From the IMG/VR virus record IMGVR_UViG_3300027234_000001, positions 1 through 33,221 of that record: a DNA stretch of 33,221 nt; one strand, written 5' to 3'. The notes below the pieces were generated by a model that did no database searches, had not been told where the DNA came from, and saw nothing but the letters and a program-made list of their open reading frames with translations. Origin of the DNA: a virus. Lineage: Duplodnaviria > Caudoviricetes. Each line of letters opens with the position of its first letter. Within the stretch, counting starts at the first letter, position 1. Positions 7,790-16,161 of this stretch are shown piece by piece. A program made the position numbers and the translations under genes.

Positions 7790-8280
7790 ATGACACAAAT
7801 CCATTTCAGTTTATGTCTTCTAAAGTGCGGCTTTGAATCTTTCATGTTAAGATAGATTTTTTTCTGCTTGTACACGGGGTGGCTTGTCTGTATCAGTTTG
7901 GAATTGCATACGTCACAGCACCCGTTTTCATCTACTGGAAATTGCTTCATCCCAGTTTTTTCAAAGTGTGACATGACACACACATATTTGAACGAGTTTC
8001 TCCCGTACTGCTTGCCAATCTGCTTTCTATGGACTGAGCTACCGTTTTTATTTACCCACATGATTTTTTTATCCATGTCGACAACTTCCAGATTATAATA
8101 TCCATTGGTATCTTTGGTCATTGGCTTTACTGGCTCATAGCACAGAGAGCATATCCAGCCATCATCTTTTTGTACAAAAATATCATTCCTTGTGCCCGTG
8201 GCTGAACCTCTCACTCTCGCACCGTTTCTGATAAAATTTTTTCCAGACTGTGAGACTCTCTGTCTCTGCTGATACTTCAT
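7786..8280 (-). CDS. Hypothetical protein with two CxxC...H modules
   Basis: CSLC...VH and CDVC...PH motifs, ATGA coupling. Confidence 0.75.
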   Translation of the reverse strand: MKYQQRQRVSQSGKNFIRNGARVRGSATGTRNDIFVQKDDGWICSLCYEPVKPMTKDTNGYYNLEVVDMDKKIMWVNKNGSSVHRKQIGKQYGRNSFKYVCVMSHFEKTGMKQFPVDENGCCDVCNSKLIQTSHPVYKQKKIYLNMKDSKPHFRRHKLKWICVI

Positions 8281-8474
8281 CTTAAAGACTCCTTAAGGCT
8301 GTCTTTGACTTGAAGCATTTCCTCAAGCATGTCAAGCACATACTCGACATTCTGAATGTTTTTTAAAATGCCCTCTTTGCCATCATCGGTCGGCTCTATG
8401 GAGTACATATCTTCAAGAAAATCATAGAGGCGGATGTTCAGCCAATATGTTTTTTTCAAATCCCTGTCATTCAT
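8277..8474 (-). CDS. Hypothetical protein
   Basis: 65-aa helical ORF within the coupled operon. Confidence 0.7.
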   Translation of the reverse strand: MNDRDLKKTYWLNIRLYDFLEDMYSIEPTDDGKEGILKNIQNVEYVLDMLEEMLQVKDSLKESLR

Positions 8475-8611
8475 TGTTCCAAGTCCTTCAAAAATTCTAA
8501 TTCTTCTTTAAGACATTCAGTACAGATATGATGTTCTCCGATTGATTCAAACACATATAATTTTTTGTGACTATAACAATAATCACAAACCACAGGATGT
8601 TTTTTATTCAT
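8471..8611 (-). CDS. 46-aa Zn-finger microprotein
   Basis: CDYC...ICTEC, with ATGA overlaps at both ends. Confidence 0.72.
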   Translation of the reverse strand: MNKKHPVVCDYCYSHKKLYVFESIGEHHICTECLKEELEFLKDLEQ

Positions 8612-8772
8612 TGTCCGAACCCCTCGCCAATAGATTCAAGTTTTTCATATCTCAGGCAGTCCCGACAAACTAAAAAAACGGGTTCGTTAAAGGTACCGTT
8701 TTCGTTTTGTGTTGCGTCTATTGTCAAGTCTTTACCCTTGCAGTTCTTGCATTGAAAGTCTGTGAGGGTCAT
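8608..8772 (-). CDS. 54-aa Zn-ribbon microprotein
   Basis: CKNC...CRDC, with ATGA overlaps at both ends. Confidence 0.72.
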   Translation of the reverse strand: MTLTDFQCKNCKGKDLTIDATQNENGTFNEPVFLVCRDCLRYEKLESIGEGFGQ

Positions 8773-8951
8773 TTTAAACCCTCACTAATCAAGGCATCTA
8801 ACGAGTCCACGATTTCTATTTTAAACCCGTCCTTGACCATGTCTGTTATTTCTCTTTGTGTATACTGGCTTAATCCATAAACTGAATCGTACCAGTAGAA
8901 AGTCCAGCCGTATTTTTTAGTCGGAACTTGTGCGACTTGTAGAGTTGTCAT
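8769..8951 (-). CDS. Hypothetical protein
   Basis: 60-aa ORF coupled at both ends. Confidence 0.7.
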   Translation of the reverse strand: MTTLQVAQVPTKKYGWTFYWYDSVYGLSQYTQREITDMVKDGFKIEIVDSLDALISEGLK

Positions 8952-9088
8952 TTCTCCAAGTCCTCAATGTAGGATTCAAAACTAAACATATTTTCGTCAC
9001 AATTAGGACAAAAATATGGATAATCCAGATTTGTTTCTAGCTCTAGTATGCTCTTACATCTTTTACATTTACGGATTATAATGTTCAT
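8948..9088 (-). CDS. 46-aa Zn-ribbon microprotein
   Basis: CKRC...YFCPNCDENM, with ATGA overlaps. Confidence 0.72.
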   Translation of the reverse strand: MNIIIRKCKRCKSILELETNLDYPYFCPNCDENMFSFESYIEDLEK

Positions 9089-9273
9089 TCTTCAAACCCT
9101 CTTTGATTTGTGACATTATACCATATTTCATATAATACAACATGTCCCCGTTCTGTTAAAAATCCATTACAGGCATCCTCAACAAGTTTTAGTTGTTCGG
9201 GTTTCAAATCATCACCGTCATGGGTATTTTGTAAAATACCCATTGACAGTTTGAATACTTGACTTTGTTCCAT
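9085..9273 (-). CDS. Hypothetical protein
   Basis: 62-aa ORF coupled at both ends. Confidence 0.7.
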   Translation of the reverse strand: MEQSQVFKLSMGILQNTHDGDDLKPEQLKLVEDACNGFLTERGHVVLYEIWYNVTNQRGFEE

Positions 9274-9404
9274 TATGATTGAACCCCCATCATTTTATTA
9301 ACAGTTGCCTGAAAGAAATTATAACATTCCTTACATACTGTTTTTCCGCTTGAATAGGTGTGATGTATTTCGATACTATCACATATTGTACAAGTTATCA
9401 TCAT
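9273..9404 (-). CDS. 43-aa Zn-finger microprotein
   Basis: CTIC...VCKECY, with ATGA and TAATG overlaps. Confidence 0.7.
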   Translation of the reverse strand: MMITCTICDSIEIHHTYSSGKTVCKECYNFFQATVNKMMGVQS

Positions 9405-10000
9405 ACAGTCCCCCTGATGAAGTGTTCATCATCATCAAACAGTTTTTTCCCTAAGCCGTATGTAAAACTGTGATACGGATTGGCATCCAATACCCCAAAC
9501 TTGAAGCCCAGACACTTCAATGATACATTGTAAGGTTTACCCTCAACAAGTACAAAGAATGTATAATAATTCTTGTTTTTGTTTTCGTGTGGTACTTCAT
9601 AAAGTATTGTCCCTTTTGGCAGTTTCATTAAAACGGCTAATGTGTTTAGCTCGCTTAGATACAAACTGGCTGTACTCATTCTTTTTTCGTTTATGTCTGT
9701 GATTTCATCACCTTGTTTTGTAAGTGAACCCCATTCGTAATGTGAACATATCAAATTATGTTCATCCTCACAGGCATGCTGTAAAATGCTTAGAATGTGG
9801 TGATGCCTCATATTGTCCCCGTTTGACAAGTCCGTGACTTTCTTGATTTTCAAGGCTTTTAGGCATCCCTTAATCCTATCCTCAAAAACGGTAGGAGCGA
9901 TACCTGCATACTTTTTTGACAAGTCAGCATGAAATTTTTTATTTTCTTTTGAACCATGTTCTAGCCAGACCGATTTATCGGTTGTGTCTATGTGAGGCAT
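9401..10000 (-). CDS. Hypothetical protein (199 aa)
   Basis: Long ORF with GAGGTGA ribosome-binding site at 10010-10016 on the minus strand. Confidence 0.8.
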   Translation of the reverse strand: MPHIDTTDKSVWLEHGSKENKKFHADLSKKYAGIAPTVFEDRIKGCLKALKIKKVTDLSNGDNMRHHHILSILQHACEDEHNLICSHYEWGSLTKQGDEITDINEKRMSTASLYLSELNTLAVLMKLPKGTILYEVPHENKNKNYYTFFVLVEGKPYNVSLKCLGFKFGVLDANPYHSFTYGLGKKLFDDDEHFIRGTV

Positions 10001-10167
10001 CAGTTAAAATCACCTCTTAATATTTCGGCTACAACTAGATATAATTGCTCATAGATAACCGGAGTTTTTGAAAAATTACCCGTTCCTATTGAGTTAATCA
10101 TGTTCTGACTTTGTTGAGTGATTTCATCAATCACTAACAAGTCTTGAACTTGAAACTTTGTATTCAT
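10000..10167 (-). CDS. 55-aa hypothetical protein, first gene of the leftward operon
   Basis: MNTKFQVQDLLVID..., TATA box TTTTATTA at 10190-10197 (minus strand) and TGATG coupling to the next gene. Confidence 0.65.
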   Translation of the reverse strand: MNTKFQVQDLLVIDEITQQSQNMINSIGTGNFSKTPVIYEQLYLVVAEILRGDFN

Positions 10168-10169
10168 AC

Positions 10170-10345
10170 AGTATAGAAATCTATACTATAATAAAAGGGT
10201 TGGTAATCTTATACTAAATTATAGAATCACATAGAAAGAATCTATGAAACCGTTAATCTAAGGCGTTAGGGGGGGTGAATTGACTTGTATTTTTTAGGCG
10301 TGAGACTTTGTAGTTATTTGTTATAGAAAACTATACTTTAATTAA
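10170..10345. promoter_or_regulatory. Divergent promoter pair with three related palindromic operators
   Basis: AGTATAGA-aa-TCTATACT (10170-10187), CATAGA-n5-TCTATG (10230-10246), TATAG-aaaa-CTATA (10322-10335). TATA boxes at 10190-10197 (-) and 10337-10344 (+). Confidence 0.55.
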
Positions 10346-10366
10346 GAAGTGGTTAGAATAGTATGT

Positions 10367-10591
10367 ATGAAACAACAAGAATGTATAACATTAGAAAAAC
10401 TCCAAGACACTTTATTAAAAATTGGAATAGACGAAGAAACCGACGAATCAAACAATGAGGATGAATTACAAGAGGTTCAATATCAAATGAGCCAACACTT
10501 TATGTCTTGTAAACATCCAGACTGTATAACATCATTTCATGCTAGAGTTGAAGTGGGTATCCAGACAACCGACGGAGTTTACTTGAAATGA
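10367..10591 (+). CDS. Hypothetical acidic protein
   Basis: ATG 10367 about 23 nt after a TATA box. H..SC.H..C motif. Confidence 0.65.
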   Translation: MKQQECITLEKLQDTLLKIGIDEETDESNNEDELQEVQYQMSQHFMSCKHPDCITSFHARVEVGIQTTDGVYLK

Positions 10592-10689
10592 ATCAAGCAA
10601 AAAGAAAAGCAATAATCCGCATAATTAAGATATGCGACAAATACGACATAACACCTAATGACATTGACCGTGGTATGATAGGTGAATAG
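10588..10689 (+). CDS. 33-aa microprotein
   Basis: MNQAKRKAIIRIIKICDKYDITPNDID..., ATGA overlap. Confidence 0.5.
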   Translation: MNQAKRKAIIRIIKICDKYDITPNDIDRGMIGE

Positions 10690-10696
10690 AGTAGAT

Positions 10697-11098
10697 ATGA
10701 CAACAAAACAACAGATAATTAAATATATGAACGAGGCAAGATCAACTCCAAGAATGACAAATATGGTCAAATTCATTAATGAAAAATCTACTGCAACAGC
10801 AAAGGTTAACACAAAATCACATTTCCATGTAGGACATACACACTCAAGTGGTGTAAGAATTGGAAGTGGTCATTCCACAATACACCATGTTGTAACTGTG
10901 ACTGATTCAAATGGAATGGTTATGATTGATGAAGAAATTACACCAAAAGATTTTGCAGTTTGGGTATATGAGAATATTATGAATAGAAAACATTGGAGAT
11001 TTAGTGGTTCAACAATGACTAAAGGCGATACGTCAATGACATTTGCAGAATGGGATACACAAGAAATCGAGAATGAAAAGAACGATACCACAAATTAA
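10697..11098 (+). CDS. Hypothetical protein with His-rich segment
   Basis: AGGTGA ribosome-binding site at 10680-10685 before ATG 10697. Followed by a T-tract. Confidence 0.75.
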   Translation: MTTKQQIIKYMNEARSTPRMTNMVKFINEKSTATAKVNTKSHFHVGHTHSSGVRIGSGHSTIHHVVTVTDSNGMVMIDEEITPKDFAVWVYENIMNRKHWRFSGSTMTKGDTSMTFAEWDTQEIENEKNDTTN

Positions 11099-11110
11099 TA
11101 ATTAATTCCA

Positions 11111-11126
11111 TTTTATTCTTTTTTTT
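11111..11126 (+). terminator. Archaeal oligo-T terminator
   Basis: TTTTATTCTTTTTTTT directly after the stop at 11098. Confidence 0.5.
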
Positions 11127-11534
11127 AAAGTCTTAACCGCATAACATGTAATGTTATCAGGGTTATTTTGACAAAGACCCGCATCATGTTAACATTATCA
11201 ATGTTAATTTCTAATTGTATTCCACTAAATATGGTTTTGATGATAACATAATTGAGAGCCTGATTAGTGACTAGATACAATTTTCTTAAAATATTTCGTG
11301 TATTGTGTCTCTAGTCAGTTTAACAAGTCCTTCTCTATATGTAAGCGAATAATTACACTCGTATGTTTACCATTTATGTACAAATTCTCAAATCCTGTAT
11401 CATTTCGTTATTTTCGAAAACAAAAAAATTTTAGGCATGATTGGTAACAAAATATGCTAAACAGAACATGTGACGGACTTTTTTGTACATAATCTTATAT
11501 CGTTCCGTTCATACACAAATTAGGGTGATATGTT

Positions 11535-12128
11535 ATGCCACAAAGTAGACTACCTGACATTAATACCGCATTTATCAGGTATCGTTCAGAGGCAATCAAC
11601 GCATTACACAGTAAGAACTGGTCAGCCATGCACGGTGCATTGAACGGCATCAACTCACTGCTTCCTATGGAATATCAGGTGGTCATATCCAGCACGGACT
11701 ACGACCAGCTAGCCAAGACGGAGATTACCTACGGTTGCAACAAGTGCAGTGAAGCCATAGACAAGTCGGACGTACAGGTTTTTGAGCTGATACCTGACAG
11801 CATGCAGACTTTGCTCAACGGCAGAATGTTTAATAAAGTATGGAATTGTATAAAATGTCACAGTACCAACATGCTAAACAATACTGCCATCTCACAGACC
11901 ATACTTCAGAACCCTACATTTTTGGGAGTCGTACCTGACCCGCCTCAGAGAAAAAACGGACTCATGGACAGGATGAAGTTCAACATAGAGATTGAGAGAT
12001 GGGGATGGCTTGTACTGAACGAGGAAGAATTCAAGATGGCAAAGTTCAGGGACGACAACTGGAACAAGGGTGACGAGGAACTGGGCGGCATTGACACCTC
12101 GCTGGACGACAAAGAGGGAGACAAGTAA
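11535..12128 (+). CDS. Hypothetical protein with CxxC...CxxC insert
   Basis: CNKC and CIKC motifs, GGGTGA ribosome-binding site, TAATG coupling to the ATPase. Confidence 0.8.
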   Translation: MPQSRLPDINTAFIRYRSEAINALHSKNWSAMHGALNGINSLLPMEYQVVISSTDYDQLAKTEITYGCNKCSEAIDKSDVQVFELIPDSMQTLLNGRMFNKVWNCIKCHSTNMLNNTAISQTILQNPTFLGVVPDPPQRKNGLMDRMKFNIEIERWGWLVLNEEEFKMAKFRDDNWNKGDEELGGIDTSLDDKEGDK

Positions 12129-13201
12129 TGCCGATAACCACAACCACCAAAAAACCAGTTGACAAGCAAAGCAGTGACAGGGCAAAGCCCGTTGTCACAA
12201 AATGGAAGGGAACATCAATGGTCAGGAATCATTCCTTTCTGGCGACTGTCAGGGAAATTATTAATTTTTCGGCTGAGATAGACGTGTGCAGAATCGGGCT
12301 CATCGGTTCAATGCACTCTGGAAAGTCAACGCTGAGTCAGAGCATAGCACATGCGATACACAAGCATGCGGAATTGCCATACAAGATTAAGATTCTGTAC
12401 AAGGAAGATTTGCTTAACTTTGAGAAGACATTGTTAGACTTAGAGCCTGTCAACTATATCATGATATTTGACGACGTTTCGTTCATGGGTGCAACTGCCA
12501 ACAAGAAGCAGATAGAGATGGTAAAGTCAGCCGTGACGACAATCAGGCACCTCGATGGCGGTCGTGACGTTAAGGTTATCGTAATGATGAACTACCACTA
12601 TTCGATGGGTCTTGACAAGTATCTTCGTTCTGCTGACTTCAAGTACGTTACGACGGTGGACTCATCAGAAAACGAGAACATGATAAACATGTTTGGTAAA
12701 AAGTACACCGACAAGATTCTTGACTTTAAGAAGTACAGACACATGGCTATCACCAAAAAATACTGGCTGATGAAGATTGCAAAGAACGGTGAGCCGTTCA
12801 AGTATGATTATAGAAAGCCGTTCATCCCCGTGATGTTCTGGAACGAAAACTCGCTACGCTTTGTGGTATCGCCCACAAGACAGTGGCAAGACCCGATATG
12901 TTCAAAATGCTCTGAAGCCACGACCTCAGGCGAACTTGAGTCTGACGTACCTATCGCACAGTTCTGTGACGAAAGCGAAGCCAAATGGGACAAGCAGACA
13001 TGGCTGGCAAGTATCAAGCTTAACATGTATGTCGAGGGCATGACGGTGTACAATCCTAAAATCATATCATGTCTGAAATACATCAACAAGTGCAGGGAAA
13101 AGAAGCTGATTACGCTGGAAGCCATAGCCGCACATTACGACTTTGTACCAAAGAAGACTAGGCTTCGCAAGAAACTGTCGGGAGTGGTAAATGATGAGTA
13201 A
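12128..13201 (+). CDS. P-loop ATPase, candidate packaging/morphogenesis ATPase of spindle-shaped viruses
   Basis: Walker A GSMHSGKS and Walker B MIFDD. The role is inferred from context. Confidence 0.8.
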   Translation: MPITTTTKKPVDKQSSDRAKPVVTKWKGTSMVRNHSFLATVREIINFSAEIDVCRIGLIGSMHSGKSTLSQSIAHAIHKHAELPYKIKILYKEDLLNFEKTLLDLEPVNYIMIFDDVSFMGATANKKQIEMVKSAVTTIRHLDGGRDVKVIVMMNYHYSMGLDKYLRSADFKYVTTVDSSENENMINMFGKKYTDKILDFKKYRHMAITKKYWLMKIAKNGEPFKYDYRKPFIPVMFWNENSLRFVVSPTRQWQDPICSKCSEATTSGELESDVPIAQFCDESEAKWDKQTWLASIKLNMYVEGMTVYNPKIISCLKYINKCREKKLITLEAIAAHYDFVPKKTRLRKKLSGVVNDE

Positions 13202-13301
13202 TCTTGACAGCTTTATCTCGTCTAGGTGCAAAAGCGTACTGCACTCGTTCTGCTCGGAAAAGGCATGTATATGCTGGTGTCACCTAATGGGGAACCACTG
13301 A
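13194..13301 (+). CDS. 35-aa Cys/His microprotein
   Basis: C-x4-H-x2-C-x4-CxCxCH pattern, overlapping the ATPase stop. Confidence 0.6.
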   Translation: MSNLDSFISSRCKSVLHSFCSEKACICWCHLMGNH

Positions 13302-13302
13302 C

Positions 13303-13485
13303 ATGAGGATTTGCTATGACTGCATGGAAGTCGCACCGTATCTGGTGCTTGACAAGGGCATGAAGGTATGCCAGTCATGTTTCCACAGAAGGTACTCCAA
13401 GAAGAAGTATGTGAACAACAACTACCAGTACAGAAAATATACAATCAAGGACGTAAAGAAACATCTGGAAAAGGATTGGGACTAG
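13303..13485 (+). CDS. Zn-finger protein
   Basis: CYDC...VCQSC with a basic tail. Confidence 0.7.
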   Translation: MRICYDCMEVAPYLVLDKGMKVCQSCFHRRYSKKKYVNNNYQYRKYTIKDVKKHLEKDWD

Positions 13486-13513
13486 TATGTACAGTATGAG
13501 AAAATGAATACTG

Positions 13514-13585
13514 TTAATTCTTCCAGTCTTCTTTTAGAACTGTCCACATTGACTTGCAAAATCTTTTGATGTTGCTCATAATCAT
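13514..13585 (-). CDS. About 23-aa micropeptide, paralog of 13783-13863
   Basis: MIMSNIKRFCKSMWTVLKEDWKN. Confidence 0.4.
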   Translation of the reverse strand: MIMSNIKRFCKSMWTVLKEDWKN

Positions 13586-13589
13586 TAGG

Positions 13590-13691
13590 TCACACATCGT
13601 AATGCTCTCTCATGTGTTCGGATAACTCATGTACCGTCTTCTTGCAGAGTTCGCACCAGTTGTTTTCATGTCTGTTGGAAAAGTCTTTCAT
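13590..13691 (-). CDS. 33-aa C2H2 Zn-finger microprotein
   Basis: WCELC...LSEHMREH, ATGA overlap. Confidence 0.65.
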   Translation of the reverse strand: MKDFSNRHENNWCELCKKTVHELSEHMREHYDV

Positions 13692-13786
13692 CCTAACTTT
13701 CCTGTAAAGAACAATTTCCAGAACCTAAACGTAAATGCGTGTTTCCATAATTCTATTTCACCTTTGATTGCTTTCAATACGTTCAA
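13688..13786 (-). CDS. 32-aa aromatic-rich micropeptide
   Basis: TTG start, overlapping the neighbours by 4 nt at both ends. Confidence 0.4.
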   Translation of the reverse strand: MNVLKAIKGEIELWKHAFTFRFWKLFFTGKLG

Positions 13787-13863
13787 TCCTTAAAGTCCTC
13801 TTTGGCTACCTTCCACATGGTAGTCCAGAACTTCTTTGTAAATATCAGTCTTACGTCACACAT
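13783..13863 (-). CDS. 26-aa micropeptide
   Basis: MCDVRLIFTKKFWTTMWKVAKEDFKD, starting 2 nt after the upstream stop. Confidence 0.45.
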   Translation of the reverse strand: MCDVRLIFTKKFWTTMWKVAKEDFKD

Positions 13864-13865
13864 GG

Positions 13866-14339
13866 TCAGTCAGATTCCATGTCTTCTTCCTTGTCCTTGC
13901 CCATCATGGCATCAAGGAAGGAACGTCTTTTCTCGCCCTTGACCTGATAGGAACGTTCAATCTTGTTTCTTGCAATCTTGTCTATCAAGGTGCTTTGTGC
14001 GGAGCCGTTCTCTCTTATGCTCTCTGAGGATTTTGAGTCGATTGAATACTGGTATGCGATAACCAGTTCCTTGATTTGTTCCGACAGTGCGGTTGCCTTT
14101 CGTCTGGACATGAAGTTGAAAGCCTGTGCGGATAGGTTCTGAAAGTTTTCAAGTTCCAGTACGAACCTTGCAAGGTGCGGTGATGCGACGATAAGTGTCT
14201 TGTAGTATAACGACTTTGGGTCAATGACCAAAGACTTTTCAAAGGTTCCGTCTTCCAACGGAACGTGTTCGATTCGCTGGACGGACTGTACAAGTATGTC
14301 AACTAAGTCCTTGTGTTCCGGTTCGCTTTGTGGTATCAT
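13866..14339 (-). CDS. Hypothetical protein (157 aa)
   Basis: Long helical ORF, divergent from 14398. Confidence 0.8.
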   Translation of the reverse strand: MIPQSEPEHKDLVDILVQSVQRIEHVPLEDGTFEKSLVIDPKSLYYKTLIVASPHLARFVLELENFQNLSAQAFNFMSRRKATALSEQIKELVIAYQYSIDSKSSESIRENGSAQSTLIDKIARNKIERSYQVKGEKRRSFLDAMMGKDKEEDMESD

Positions 14340-14397
14340 AGCCCTGATGATTCAAGTTACTATAACCTTAAAAGGATAGTGGTTTTGAAAAAACATA

Positions 14398-14550
14398 TTG
14401 GCACGGTCAAAGAAATATCACAGGGAATATTCCAAAAAATACAGGGAAGACGACAAGGAAATATCCAAAAAATACAGGACACTTGGCGTCACCGGAAGCT
14501 TTTCGGCATTTAGAAAGTCAGAGAAAAAGAATAAAAAGTCATTGATATAA
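14398..14550 (+). CDS. 50-aa basic protein with internal SKKYR repeats, candidate DNA-binding core protein
   Basis: TTG start about 24 nt after CTTAAAA. MARSKKYHREYSKKYREDDKEISKKYRT... Confidence 0.55.
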   Translation: MARSKKYHREYSKKYREDDKEISKKYRTLGVTGSFSAFRKSEKKNKKSLI

Positions 14551-14640
14551 CTAAGATTGAAAGTATGCCCTTGCTTTCCCCCTATCCTTTACGGGATAGG
14601 GAGATAATATTAAATAGATAACTATACGATTAAGATTACA

Positions 14641-15657
14641 ATGGGCGTTTTACATGGCAGAGATTTACTTTCACCTAAATGGATAACTGCCATAATTTCT
14701 GATGCCTCACACAGAGTTCATTTCGTACCAATCAAACATACCATCGGTGACTACTTTATCACCGACATTGACGGTGACGTCTATGCCTTCAAGATTGACG
14801 GCAGAAGAATATTACAATACAGGGAATCAATGGTCAAGACATTTAGAATATTACAGTATGACATTTCACATCATCTTCCGTTAAGTGCTGATGGCAAGGA
14901 ACTGGAAATCATACTGGAACTTAACAAGCTTCCAAAGGTTGACGGCATGCTTGCAAACATATTCAAGATACTTGGCTCAAAGGAACGTGACGACTTTGTA
15001 TCTCACAAGCTGTCAGAACTGATTGACAAGATTCAGGGATATGAAAAGGTTCAGGCACAGACGGAACTCAACGAAAGATACTCAAAGGAAGCCATGAACA
15101 TGATTAACTATCTAGACCACTTGGACGTCAGGGAAATTGTCACGCCTCTAAAGAAGGTGTCAGAGTTTATTCAGGAAGACCTGATTGCGACAGACCCAAA
15201 GTTCATGGGCACTATCGTATCGTCATATCAAAGAACCGATATGGAGCACAAGAAGGTTACAAACACGCCTATCGCTTCCAAGCAGGCATGGATTAAGTTT
15301 GTCGCTATCTTCATGGCTATCGGCATGGTAGGTGCGGTAGGCTACATTGTCTATGACGGTGGACATTTGGACTCAATGATGGGTGGCATGTCAGTGCCAA
15401 CACTGGGTCAGTTAGATGATGCAACAATCATGGCAAAGTATCCTGACGGTGAGTCGCTCAGACTTGCAGTCGATTCAGGCGAGGTTGACTATACAAAACT
15501 GTCCTCTGTCGCACAGAGTATCGTGGACGAGCATAGAGAGTCATTCCCTATAATGTTACAGCCTGAAGAACCAGTGGTTGTCATTGAGCCTGAGGTTCCG
15601 GTACAGCCTGAACCCGTAGCCATCGAGGTCGAACCAGTTCTAATCGAACAACCTTAA
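14641..15657 (+). CDS. Membrane-anchored protein, first gene of the virion module
   Basis: TATA box TTTAAATA at 14610-14617, TM segment WIKFVAIFMAIGMVGAVGYIVY and a Pro/Glu/Val-rich tail. Confidence 0.8.
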   Translation: MGVLHGRDLLSPKWITAIISDASHRVHFVPIKHTIGDYFITDIDGDVYAFKIDGRRILQYRESMVKTFRILQYDISHHLPLSADGKELEIILELNKLPKVDGMLANIFKILGSKERDDFVSHKLSELIDKIQGYEKVQAQTELNERYSKEAMNMINYLDHLDVREIVTPLKKVSEFIQEDLIATDPKFMGTIVSSYQRTDMEHKKVTNTPIASKQAWIKFVAIFMAIGMVGAVGYIVYDGGHLDSMMGGMSVPTLGQLDDATIMAKYPDGESLRLAVDSGEVDYTKLSSVAQSIVDEHRESFPIMLQPEEPVVVIEPEVPVQPEPVAIEVEPVLIEQP

Positions 15658-15675
15658 TACTAGAAAAGGATTTCA

Positions 15676-16104
15676 ATGACTGTGTACCTGTACGTTCTGC
15701 TGGCAATAATTGCAGTATCATTCGCATCCAACGAAGTATATGCACAGGCACAGACAGTGGTTATCACGGGTGACGAAAACTTACAGCCGTGCTTTATGAA
15801 CATGACGGCTGGTGCACAGATGTGGGAAAACTGCGGTGCATCTGATGATTACTTGGACTTTGCACTAGCACCTTTTGAATACATCACTGGCGGTTATTTC
15901 TCAATGATACTTGTTACGATATTTGTCATCATGTCCTACATCAAATATCATACCGTGTTATACCCAATGCTTATCGGTCTACTGTTCCTTCCAATAAGCT
16001 ATACGTTCTTCCCAGACACTTTCTTGGTATACGCATTGGCACTGCTCGCAGTTGGTGTGGGTGGCTCATTGACATACATGCTTCTGTGGCGTGGACGAAA
16101 CTAA
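15676..16104 (+). CDS. Multi-pass membrane virion protein
   Basis: Signal peptide ending VYA, a Cys pair and about 3 C-terminal TM helices. Confidence 0.8.
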   Translation: MTVYLYVLLAIIAVSFASNEVYAQAQTVVITGDENLQPCFMNMTAGAQMWENCGASDDYLDFALAPFEYITGGYFSMILVTIFVIMSYIKYHTVLYPMLIGLLFLPISYTFFPDTFLVYALALLAVGVGGSLTYMLLWRGRN

Positions 16105-16161
16105 GTCACGCCTAGAGTTTACTTTAACATTATATACTAGAAATATTTGAGAGTAAGCATA

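Noticed and set aside
8167-8180. Similarity of TTTGTACAAAAA to the Gateway attB1 core (vector contamination)
   Set aside because: The flanking att sequence is absent and the motif is embedded in native ORFs at several places.
14420-14480. Direct repeat as a mini-CRISPR array
   Set aside because: Only two short copies, explained by SKKYR peptide repeats. No cas genes or regular spacers.
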